From Candidatus Multivorans sp. (GTDB lineage Bacteria > Acidobacteriota > Thermoanaerobaculia > Multivoradales > Multivoraceae), in the NCBI GenBank assembly GCA_965247095.1, contig OZ251997.1, positions 1,216,001-1,280,000 on the forward strand: a DNA stretch of 64,000 bases. The letters run 5' to 3'. Both the position numbers and the translations under genes were made by a program. Below are positions 47,346-55,831 of the stretch, piece after piece (position 1 is the stretch's first letter; each line of letters starts with the position of its first letter). The notes beneath the pieces are model-generated. The model was given only the letters and a program-made list of their open reading frames with translations. It ran no database searches and was not told the origin of the DNA.

Positions 47346-50063
47346 TCAGTGCGCCAGGATCTCGCTCACCCGGTTGCGCTGCTCCTCCAGTTCGGCGAGA
47401 CGGGCGCGGTTGCCCTCGACAACGTGGGCTGGCGCCTTTTCGAGAAACGCGGCGTTCGAGAGACGGCCCTCGGCGCCGGCGATCTCGGCGTCGATCTTTT
47501 CCAGCTCCTTGGTGAGCTTCGTCCGTTCGGCCTCGCTCATCGCGGGGGCTTCGACCTCGAATGCCAGGTTCAGGCCCCCCGCCCGGTCCCGGACCGACCC
47601 GGCCGGACCCTGGCCCGCGCTCACCTGGCTGACGCCGGCGACGGCGCCAAGGAGGGACGCCTGCTCGACGACGAAGGCGATCAGGTCCGTGTCGCCGTCC
47701 TCGACGAAGACCGCCATCTTCGCGGCGCCGGTGAGGTTCCGTTCGCGGCGTAGACTCCGGGTGGTCTGGACCACGGCGACCAGAACGTCCATGCCCCGCT
47801 CGATCTCATTCGAGACAAGGTCGTCGTCGCCCAGCGGGTAGGCCGCAACAGCGATGCTCCGGGGTCCGGCGGACTCCGGCGCCGCCCCTCGCGGCAGGCG
47901 CTGCCAGAGCTCCTCGGTCAGGTGCGGCATCACGGGGTGCAGCAGTCGGAGACTGGCGTCGATCGTGTAGAGGAGGGTCTCGGCGACCCGCGGGCGCGCA
48001 GCGACGCCGGAGAGGGCGGGCTTGGCGAACTCGATGTACCAGTCGCAGAGTTCGTGCCAGAAGAAGTGGTAGAGCGCGTTGCAGGCGCGGTCGAAACGAA
48101 ACTCTGCCAGGGCCGCGTTGACCGCGACCGCGGTCGCCGACAGGCGCGAAAGGATCCACCGCTCCGGAGCGGCCAGGTCGCTACCCAGCAACTCGGCAAC
48201 CGACGCCGGAGTACTGGCGCCCCCGGTGCGCGCCAGGGCGAAGCGGACCGCGTTCCAGATCTTGTTGCCGAAGGCGCGGTACCCCGCCATGCGCTCCAGG
48301 TCGAGCGGGATGTCGCGTCCCGGCACGTCCAGCACCGCCAGAGTGAAACGCATCGCGTCAGCGCCGTACTCCTTCACCAGGTCCATCGGATCGACCGTGT
48401 TGCCCTTGGTCTTCGACATCTTCTCGCCGTGCGCATCCCGCACCAGACCGGTCAGATGGACGGTGCCGAACGGGATATCGCCGTAGAAGTGATTGGAGAG
48501 CATGACCATCCGCGCCACCCAGAAGAACAGGATGTCGTGGCCGGTGATCAGGACGTCCGTCGGGTACCAGGTTCGCAAGTCCGGCGCGTCCTCGTCGGGC
48601 CAACCGAGAGTCGAGATCGGCCACAGCCCGGACGAGAACCAGGTGTCCAGCACGTCGGGGTCGCGGGTCAGTTCGGCCGTGCCGGCCAGTTCCTCGGCCT
48701 CCCCACGGTTCATCGCCACGTAGCAAGCCCCGTCCTCGTCGTACCAAGCCGGAATACGGTGTCCCCACCAGAGTTGGCGGGAGATGACCCACGGCCGGAT
48801 GTTCGTAAGCCAGTGCTCCCAGGTCTTGTCAAAGGAGTTCGGGATCAGCTCGAGGCGCCCGTCGGAGGCCGCGGCCAGCGCCTCCTTCGCCATGCCGGAA
48901 ACGTCGGCGAACCACTGGGGCGACAGCATCGGCTCGATCGGTTCGCCGCTCCGTTGCGAATGTCCCACGCTGTGGACGTGCCGCTCGGTCTTGACGAGGC
49001 GCCCCTCCGCCTTAAGACGCTCGACGACGCGGCGGCGGGCCTCGAAGCGGTCCAGACCTTCGAAGTCGGCGCCCGCCTCGGCCGTCATCCGGCCGTCCAG
49101 GCCGATCACCCGCAGCCCGGGCAGATCATGCCTCTGCGCGATCTCGTAGTCGTTCGGGTCGTGGAACGGGGTGACCTTGACCAGTCCGGTGCCGAACTCC
49201 GGGTCGACGTACTCGTCGGCGACCAGCCGCAGGCGCCGGCCGAGAATCGGCAGCCGCGCGAAACGCCCCGCAAGGTGACGGTAGCGCTCGTCCTCGGGGT
49301 GGAAGGCGACCGCGGTGTCGCCTAATACGGTCTCGGGACGGGTGGTCGCGACGATCAGCGGTTCCTCGCCGGCGTCGCCGCTTCCCTCGTCCGGCTCCAA
49401 CGCATAGGCCAGGTGGTAGAGCGCGCCCTCGACCTCGCGGTTCTCGACTTCCAGGTCGGACACCGCGGTCCGCAGCACAGGGGACCAATTGACCATGTAC
49501 TCGCCCCGGTAGATCAGGCCCTCACGGTAGAGCCCGACGAAGGCCGTGCGGACCGCCCGCGCCAGCCCCTCGTCCAGGGTGAACCGCTCCCGGGACCAGT
49601 CGCAGGAGGCGCCCAAGCGCTGCAACTGTCGCTTGATGTTCGCGTGGTACTCGTCCTTCCACCGCCACACCCGCTCGAGGAACTTCTCCCGCCCGAGTTC
49701 GAGCCGGCTCGTACCCTCCTGCTCGAGTTGCCGTTCGACCATGAGCTGGGTCGCGATACCGGCATGGTCGGTGCCTGGAAGCCACAGGGCGTTGTCGCCT
49801 CGCATCCGGCGCCAGCGGGTGACCAGATCCTGCAGGGTGCTCTGGAGGGCGTGCCCCATGTGCAGCTTGCCGGTCACGTTCGGCGGCGGGATCAGGATGC
49901 AGTAGGGAGTCCGTCCCCCGCCTTCCGGATCCTGCGGACAACGGAACAGTTCCTGCTCCTCCCACCACGCCTGCCACCTGCTCTCGTAAGAGGCGGGGTC
50001 GAAGCGCTTGTCCATCGCCGCGCCCGCCGCTCGGGCGCCGGCCGCAGCCTCGTTGTCCGCCAT
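47346..50063 (-). CDS. valS: valine--tRNA ligase
   Basis: PPPNVTG.LHMGH, DHAGIATQ, ISRQLWWGHRIP, DVLDTWFSS, KMSKT and C-terminal coiled coil. Confidence 0.97.
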   Translation of the reverse strand: MADNEAAAGARAAGAAMDKRFDPASYESRWQAWWEEQELFRCPQDPEGGGRTPYCILIPPPNVTGKLHMGHALQSTLQDLVTRWRRMRGDNALWLPGTDHAGIATQLMVERQLEQEGTSRLELGREKFLERVWRWKDEYHANIKRQLQRLGASCDWSRERFTLDEGLARAVRTAFVGLYREGLIYRGEYMVNWSPVLRTAVSDLEVENREVEGALYHLAYALEPDEGSGDAGEEPLIVATTRPETVLGDTAVAFHPEDERYRHLAGRFARLPILGRRLRLVADEYVDPEFGTGLVKVTPFHDPNDYEIAQRHDLPGLRVIGLDGRMTAEAGADFEGLDRFEARRRVVERLKAEGRLVKTERHVHSVGHSQRSGEPIEPMLSPQWFADVSGMAKEALAAASDGRLELIPNSFDKTWEHWLTNIRPWVISRQLWWGHRIPAWYDEDGACYVAMNRGEAEELAGTAELTRDPDVLDTWFSSGLWPISTLGWPDEDAPDLRTWYPTDVLITGHDILFFWVARMVMLSNHFYGDIPFGTVHLTGLVRDAHGEKMSKTKGNTVDPMDLVKEYGADAMRFTLAVLDVPGRDIPLDLERMAGYRAFGNKIWNAVRFALARTGGASTPASVAELLGSDLAAPERWILSRLSATAVAVNAALAEFRFDRACNALYHFFWHELCDWYIEFAKPALSGVAARPRVAETLLYTIDASLRLLHPVMPHLTEELWQRLPRGAAPESAGPRSIAVAAYPLGDDDLVSNEIERGMDVLVAVVQTTRSLRRERNLTGAAKMAVFVEDGDTDLIAFVVEQASLLGAVAGVSQVSAGQGPAGSVRDRAGGLNLAFEVEAPAMSEAERTKLTKELEKIDAEIAGAEGRLSNAAFLEKAPAHVVEGNRARLAELEEQRNRVSEILAH

Positions 50064-50118
50064 CAGTCGCCGGCCCCGAGGGCCCTGCCCGCGGTTTCGT
50101 CCGCTAACCACAGTGTCT

Positions 50119-50538
50119 TCATTGCGACCCGAGGCGCCGGTTCAGGTACTCGATGATCGCGGCAGTGCTGGAGCCCGGGGGAAAGACCTCGTCCACGCCG
50201 GCAGCCTTGAGCCCTTCGATATCCATCTCCGGGACGATGCCGCCGGCGAACACCAGCACGTCGCCGGCGTCCGCGGCGCGCAGCCCCTCGACCACTTCGG
50301 GGAGGAGGGTGTTGTGGGCGCCGGAAAGGATGGACAGGCCGACGGCCCGGACGTCCTCCTGCACGGCGGCCGAGACGATTTGCTCGGGCGTCTTGCGCAA
50401 CCCGGTGTAGATCACCTCGAAGCCGGCGTCGCGCAGCGCCCGCGCCACGACCTTGGCGCCACGGTCGTGACCGTCAAGCCCGGGCTTGGCGACCACAATC
50501 CGGTGCGGCGTCGCCGCGCCGGGTCGCGCCGGGCTCAA
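50119..50538 (-). CDS. cobalamin-binding domain protein (methylmalonyl-CoA mutase C-terminal subunit)
   Basis: [13 protein letters not shown] (DxHxxG), GLSILSGAH and GGI.P; TTG start overlapping the upstream stop. Confidence 0.92.
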   Translation of the reverse strand: MSPARPGAATPHRIVVAKPGLDGHDRGAKVVARALRDAGFEVIYTGLRKTPEQIVSAAVQEDVRAVGLSILSGAHNTLLPEVVEGLRAADAGDVLVFAGGIVPEMDIEGLKAAGVDEVFPPGSSTAAIIEYLNRRLGSQ

Positions 50539-51890
50539 GGCGAGTCCTCCCGGCGCAGGCCGTGCTGGTCCATCTTCTTGTACAGGTTGCTTCTCGGGGT
50601 TCCGATCGCCTTGGCGGTCCGGGTCACGTTCCAGGCATGCTCCTCGAGTTTCTTCGCCAGGTAGAGACGTTCCGCGGTATCCCTGCACTCCCGCAGGGTC
50701 GCCACCGCGAGAATAGCCTCCGACAGCTCCCCGCGCTCCGGACCGGCGAGCCGGAGAACGTCTCCGCGGTCGATCTCGTCACCCGGCGTGAGGATCAGCA
50801 GACGCTCCACCAGGTTCTTCAGCTCACGGACGTTGCCCCGCCACGGCATCGCCTGCAACTGCCGGGTCGCCTCCCCGGTCAGGGTCTTCGGCCGGTAGTT
50901 GTTCTCCACGCCAAAGCGCTCGATGAAGTGGTCGACCAGGAGCGGCAGGTCGTCCAGGCGCTCCCGCAGCGGCGGCACGTACACCGGGACCACGTTCAGC
51001 CGGTAGAAGAGATCCTCACGGAAACGGCCCGCCTCGATCTCCGCCACCAGATCCCGGTGGGTCGCTGCCACCACCCGGACATCGACGGTCACGGTCGTGC
51101 GGGCGCCGACCGGCTCGATCTCGCCGCTCTGCAGCGCCCTCAGCACCTTCGCCTGGGTGCGGGCGGACATGTCCCCCACCTCGTCCAGGAAGATCGTGCC
51201 GCCATCGGCGGCCGTGAACTTGCCGATCTGGCGGCCTACGGCGCCGGTAAAGGCGCCCTTCTCGTGGCCGAACAGCTCGGACTCGATCAGTTCGTCGGGA
51301 ATCGCGGCGCAGTTGACCTGCACGAGCGGCATTTCGCTGCGCGGGCTGCCAGAGTGAATGGCGCGCGCCACCAACTCCTTGCCGACACCGCTCTCGCCGG
51401 TGATCAGCACGGTGGCCGGGGTCGGCGCAGCGCGCTCGATCGTGGCCCGAAGCTCCTGCATCGGGGCGGACTCGCCCACCAACTCGAACGGCGCGCCACG
51501 CAACAGGCGGTTCTCGTCCTCGAGCCGCTGGAACTCGACGGCGTTGCGAAGGGCCAGCAGCACGCGGTCCCGTTCGAGCGGCTTCTCGAGGAAGTCGTAG
51601 GCCCCCAGCCGGATCGCCTCGACCGCGGCAGCGATGTCCCCATGGCCGCTGATCATCACAACCGGCATGTCGTGGCCGCGCTCCCGGAGACTCGAGAGCG
51701 TGGCCAGACCGTCGATTTCGGGCATCTTGATGTCGAGCAGAACGGCCGCCGGAGGCCTGGTCATCACCCGTCGCAGCGCCTCCCTCCCGGTCGACGCCTC
51801 CTCGACCCGGTAGTGCTCAAACTCGAGGATCATCCGCAACGAGCTTCGGATCGACTCCTCGTCGTCGACCACGAGCACCCGAGGGCCCAT
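50535..51890 (-). CDS. sigma-54-dependent response regulator (NtrC/NtrX family)
   Basis: REC domain (VVDDE, LDIKMP), [23 protein letters not shown] and Fis HTH. Confidence 0.95.
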   Translation of the reverse strand: MGPRVLVVDDEESIRSSLRMILEFEHYRVEEASTGREALRRVMTRPPAAVLLDIKMPEIDGLATLSSLRERGHDMPVVMISGHGDIAAAVEAIRLGAYDFLEKPLERDRVLLALRNAVEFQRLEDENRLLRGAPFELVGESAPMQELRATIERAAPTPATVLITGESGVGKELVARAIHSGSPRSEMPLVQVNCAAIPDELIESELFGHEKGAFTGAVGRQIGKFTAADGGTIFLDEVGDMSARTQAKVLRALQSGEIEPVGARTTVTVDVRVVAATHRDLVAEIEAGRFREDLFYRLNVVPVYVPPLRERLDDLPLLVDHFIERFGVENNYRPKTLTGEATRQLQAMPWRGNVRELKNLVERLLILTPGDEIDRGDVLRLAGPERGELSEAILAVATLRECRDTAERLYLAKKLEEHAWNVTRTAKAIGTPRSNLYKKMDQHGLRREDSP

Positions 51891-51895
51891 GGGGG

Positions 51896-53407
51896 TCAGG
51901 GTACTTCGATGACCGAGTAGAACCGCTGGCCGCCAGGAACCACCGCCTCGACACGGACCAGGTCACCGGAATTCAGACCGGACATCGCCTGCTCCACGTC
52001 ATCCAGATCGCGAATCGCGGTGTCGTCGATGCCGGTGATCACGAACCCCGCCTGGAATCCCCGCTCGGCGAAGACGCTGCGGGCCGAGACATCCGACACG
52101 AACACCCCCCGCTGCCGCCGGTCCAGGCCGGAGCGCTCCCGAAGATTCGAGGTCAGAGGCCGCAACTCCAGACCAAGCCACTCCATGCTTTCGTCCCGCG
52201 TCGGCGCCGGCCTGACAGAGTCGTTCTCGGCAACCTGGGGCGGACGTTCCTCCAGCACGATGTCGCGCTTGATCCGCTTGAAGTCGCGGAGGATCTCCAG
52301 TTCGACTCCCTCACCGGGCGCCAGCGCCGCCACGTAGTCGATCAGATCGCGCGTGCCCACGACCTCGTGGTCGTCGACGCCGAGGATCACGTCTCCGGAT
52401 TCGACTCCAGCCTTCTCCGCCGGCGTGTCCGGCTGCACGCCCTGCACCAGGGCGCCGTTCGGCTCGTCCAACTTGTAGTAACGCGCTTCGATGTGCTCCA
52501 GGTCGCGGATCTGCACGCCCAGATAGCCCCGCCGGACCCGGCCCTCGTCCCGCAACTGCGGAAGCACTCCCTCGAGGACATCCACCGGCACGGCGAAGCC
52601 GATGTTCTCGGCCCACGCCATCGCGGTGGCGATTCCGACAACCTCGCCGGCGGTGTTCACCAGCGGTCCTCCGGAGTTTCCCCGGTTGATCGCGGCGTCG
52701 GTCTGGATGTAGTTCGCGAAGCTGCTGTCCCCACGCTCGATACCGAACGAGCGCCCCTTCGCGCTGACCACGCCCACCGTCACGGATGCCTCGAAGCTCA
52801 GCGGGCTGCCGATCGCCATGATCCAGTCGCCGACCCGCAGTTCTTCCGAGTCTCCGAGCGAAAGGAACGGCAGTTCCTCGTCCACGGCGATCTTGATCAG
52901 AGCCAGGTCCGTCTCCTTGTCGCGGCCCCGGACCTCCGCCTCGTACTCGCGCCCGTCGAGACGGACCGTGATGTCGTCCGCCCCGTCGATCACGTGGTTG
53001 TTCGTCACGATCCAGCCGTCGGCGGAGATCAGGAAGCCGCTCCCCGCGCCCTGAAGCCGTTGCTCGTCCGGTTCAGCCTCGCGATCCGGCTGGCGCTGGA
53101 ACGGATTGCGGCGGAAGAAGAAGTCGGACGCCGAACTCTCTTCGATCCTCGCCACTTCGACTGTGACCACGGCCGGCAGCACCGCCTCCGCCAAATCGGC
53201 GAAGCTCTCGATCGACGTCCTGGCGTGGCCTTCGACCCGCCTCGCCTGCGCGCTGCTTGAGTCCTCCTCCGAAGCCGCCGCGATCCGACCAGCCTCCTCG
53301 GCCCGGGTCGGTTCCGTGAGGTTCAGGCCGCCGGCGATGATCATGCCGAAGACCAGGGCGCCGAAGACCATCAGGGCGGTAAAGAGGAGCTGTTTCTTCG
53401 TATTCAT
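51896..53407 (-). CDS. HtrA/DegP-type serine protease with two PDZ domains
   Basis: GSGF, TNNHV, DLAL and QTDAAINRGNSGGPL; N-terminal TM/signal. Confidence 0.94.
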   Translation of the reverse strand: MNTKKQLLFTALMVFGALVFGMIIAGGLNLTEPTRAEEAGRIAAASEEDSSSAQARRVEGHARTSIESFADLAEAVLPAVVTVEVARIEESSASDFFFRRNPFQRQPDREAEPDEQRLQGAGSGFLISADGWIVTNNHVIDGADDITVRLDGREYEAEVRGRDKETDLALIKIAVDEELPFLSLGDSEELRVGDWIMAIGSPLSFEASVTVGVVSAKGRSFGIERGDSSFANYIQTDAAINRGNSGGPLVNTAGEVVGIATAMAWAENIGFAVPVDVLEGVLPQLRDEGRVRRGYLGVQIRDLEHIEARYYKLDEPNGALVQGVQPDTPAEKAGVESGDVILGVDDHEVVGTRDLIDYVAALAPGEGVELEILRDFKRIKRDIVLEERPPQVAENDSVRPAPTRDESMEWLGLELRPLTSNLRERSGLDRRQRGVFVSDVSARSVFAERGFQAGFVITGIDDTAIRDLDDVEQAMSGLNSGDLVRVEAVVPGGQRFYSVIEVP

Positions 53408-53494
53408 CGTCAGGAGTACCTCGTTGAAGAAGGGAAGCATACAACCGTCGCGGCCGCCCTCCCCACGCGGGTGCGGTCGGCCGCGCCGCTAACG

Positions 53495-53511
53495 TGCAAT
53501 CCGCCTGCCAA
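53495..53511 (-). promoter_or_regulatory. sigma-54 (-24/-12) promoter upstream of the htrA gene
   Basis: Minus strand reads TTGGCAGGCGGATTGCA, i.e. TGGCA...TTGCA with exact GG-N10-GC spacing. Confidence 0.7.
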
Positions 53512-53522
53512 CCCGGGAACGG

Positions 53523-53551
53523 TTGCCCGCCCCAACCATCAGTTGTATAGT
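53523..53551 (+). promoter_or_regulatory. sigma70 promoter of the rimP-nusA-infB operon
   Basis: TTGCCC-N17-TATAGT. Confidence 0.65.
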
Positions 53552-53675
53552 CTGCGCCCAACTGCCGGCGCTTCTCCCACGCTTCTCCCAGAAGAGGGGG
53601 GATCGCCTCTGAGATCGGGGACAGTCTTCGGCCTCCGGGGCGCGCGAATCCGCCGAAAACCGGCAGGCGGCTGCT

Positions 53676-53709
53676 GAGAGTGGGTGCTTCGGCCCGCTCT
53701 CTTTTGTTT
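53676..53709 (+). terminator. rimP-leader intrinsic terminator/attenuator
   Basis: GAGAGTGGGTGC-TTCG-GCCCGCTCTC followed by TTTTGTTT, in the 5' UTR of rimP. Confidence 0.8.
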
Positions 53710-53865
53710 AGGGACCCCTCAGTTCTAGAGACCCATTCTTCGTTCCAGAGACCCGTCAGCGAGACCACCACCCGAAACCGTATGCCCTCTCCCCAACCCA
53801 CCTCCGATCTCCAGGCGCCCTATGGACCGCCAGCCGTCGGATCGGTTTCGGGACCGCGCCACGCC

Positions 53866-54333
53866 ATGGGAACCGCCATCGACTCCGACCTTCTTGGGCG
53901 CCTCGAGCGCCTCGTAGCGAGCTACTCCTGCGAATTGCTCGACGCCGCTTTTCGAGGCGGCAGCCTGCGGTTGGTGATCGACCACCCAGACGGCGTGACC
54001 CACGAGCACTGCGCCGGCGTTTCCAGAGAGGCGTCCGTCCTCCTCGACGCGGAGGACTTCGGCCCGACCTCCGGCTACCTGCTGGAAGTCAGTTCGCCGG
54101 GCCTCGACCGCGAACTCTACTCACCGGGCGACTACGAACGCTTCCGCGGACGGCGGGCCAAGGTGACCTTCACCGACGCCGCGACGGGAAGCCGGCGCAC
54201 GGTGCGTGGTCTCCTGGAGGGTCTGAGCGCCGAGGCTCCAGGTGTCGCACTCATCCTCGAGGACGACAGCGGCGACACTTTGCCCCTAACCATCGACAGC
54301 ATTCACAAGGCCAGACTACTGGTCGAACTCTGA
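53866..54333 (+). CDS. rimP: ribosome maturation factor RimP
   Basis: LRL.ID...GVT...C..VSR..S..LD and Y.LEVSSPGLDR.L; alternative start at 53782. Confidence 0.93.
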   Translation: MGTAIDSDLLGRLERLVASYSCELLDAAFRGGSLRLVIDHPDGVTHEHCAGVSREASVLLDAEDFGPTSGYLLEVSSPGLDRELYSPGDYERFRGRRAKVTFTDAATGSRRTVRGLLEGLSAEAPGVALILEDDSGDTLPLTIDSIHKARLLVEL

Positions 54334-54350
54334 CTCCGGGGACTCTGACA

Positions 54351-55790
54351 ATGGCTCAGCCACACACTCCCGAAGTGAACATCAACGAGGTCCTCAGGCA
54401 GGTCGCCCACGAGAAGGACATCGATCTCGACCGGTGGATCGTCGCCCTCGAGGACGCGGTGGCCTCCGCGGCCAAGAAGCAGCACCACATCAAGGAGCCG
54501 GTGCGCTCCTACATGGACCGAGAGACCGGCCAGTTCAGCGCCTTCCTCTACCGGCAGGTGGTGGAAGAGGTTGAAGACCCCTTCGCCGAGTGGACCCTCG
54601 AAGAGGCCCGCGAGCACAAGGAGGACGCCGAGATCGGCGAGGAGATCGAGCTCCCGATCTCCACCGATGGGCTCGGACGGATCGCCGCCCAGTCGGCGAA
54701 GCAGGTGCTCTACCAGCGTGTCCGGGAAGCCGAACGGGAGAAGATCTTCGGCGAGTTCGAGAATCGCGTCGGCGAAGTGGTCAACGGCACGGTGCGACGC
54801 TTCGAGCGCGGCGACATCATCGTCGACCTCGGCCGCACCGAGGCGATCGTTCCCCGCAGCGAGCAGTCCCGCCACGAGCGCTACAGCCAGGGTGAGCGAA
54901 TCCGCGGAGTGATCGTCGAGGTCCACAAGCAGCCCAAGGGACCTCAGATCGTGATGTCCCGCACCGACCCCCGCCTGCTGGTCAAGCTGTTCGAGATGGA
55001 AGTGCCCGAGATCTACGACGGCACCGTGGTGATCAAGACCGCGGTGCGCGCTCCCGGCGAACGCGCCAAGGTCGCCGTCATGAGCCGGGAACGCGATGTC
55101 GACCCGGTCGGCGCCTGCGTCGGCATGAAGGGATCGCGCGTGCAGTCGATCATCCGCGAACTCCGCGGCGAGAAGATCGACATCATCGAGTACTCGGAAG
55201 ACCAGGTGACCTTCGCGCAGAGCGCCCTGGCGCCGGCGCGGATCACCCGCGTATCGGTGACCCACGCGGGCGCCACTCCGCACCTCGACGTGATCGTCGA
55301 GGACGAGCAGCTCTCGCTTGCGATCGGCAAGCGGGGCCAGAACGTGCGCCTGGCCAGTGAACTCATCGGCGCCAGAATCGACATCAAGAGCGAAACGGAC
55401 GTCAAGGACGAGGTCGCCGACGCGTTGGCCAGGATGCTGAACGTCGACCGCGGCGCGGACGAGCTCGACCTGACCGAGATTCCGGGCGTCGACGGGGACA
55501 TCGCAGCCGCCCTCTCCGGGGCAGGCTTAGGTGAACTCGAGGCCCTCGAGAACGCCGGTGTGCAGGCTCTGACGATGGTTCCGGGGGTCGACGACACTTT
55601 GGCTGCGGCGATTCTCGAGTGGGCGGCCGAACGCTCCGGGTCTGCCGGGGCCGAAGACGCCGCCGCGGAGAGCGACAGCCCCGCGATGGACGAAGACGAT
55701 TTCATGGCGGCGCTGACACGCGTGCTCGAGGAAGAGACCGGTAACGCCGACGAGGGCGGCGACAACGACACGGGGAACGGCGCAGCCTAG
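54351..55790 (+). CDS. nusA: transcription termination factor NusA
   Basis: GRIAAQSAKQV, S1 and KH domains, DPVGACVGMKGSRV and LAIGKRGQNVRLA. Confidence 0.97.
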   Translation: MAQPHTPEVNINEVLRQVAHEKDIDLDRWIVALEDAVASAAKKQHHIKEPVRSYMDRETGQFSAFLYRQVVEEVEDPFAEWTLEEAREHKEDAEIGEEIELPISTDGLGRIAAQSAKQVLYQRVREAEREKIFGEFENRVGEVVNGTVRRFERGDIIVDLGRTEAIVPRSEQSRHERYSQGERIRGVIVEVHKQPKGPQIVMSRTDPRLLVKLFEMEVPEIYDGTVVIKTAVRAPGERAKVAVMSRERDVDPVGACVGMKGSRVQSIIRELRGEKIDIIEYSEDQVTFAQSALAPARITRVSVTHAGATPHLDVIVEDEQLSLAIGKRGQNVRLASELIGARIDIKSETDVKDEVADALARMLNVDRGADELDLTEIPGVDGDIAAALSGAGLGELEALENAGVQALTMVPGVDDTLAAAILEWAAERSGSAGAEDAAAESDSPAMDEDDFMAALTRVLEEETGNADEGGDNDTGNGAA

Positions 55791-55831
55791 GGGCGCCTGA
55801 GCCGATACGACGACGGGGAACCGAGGACTCA

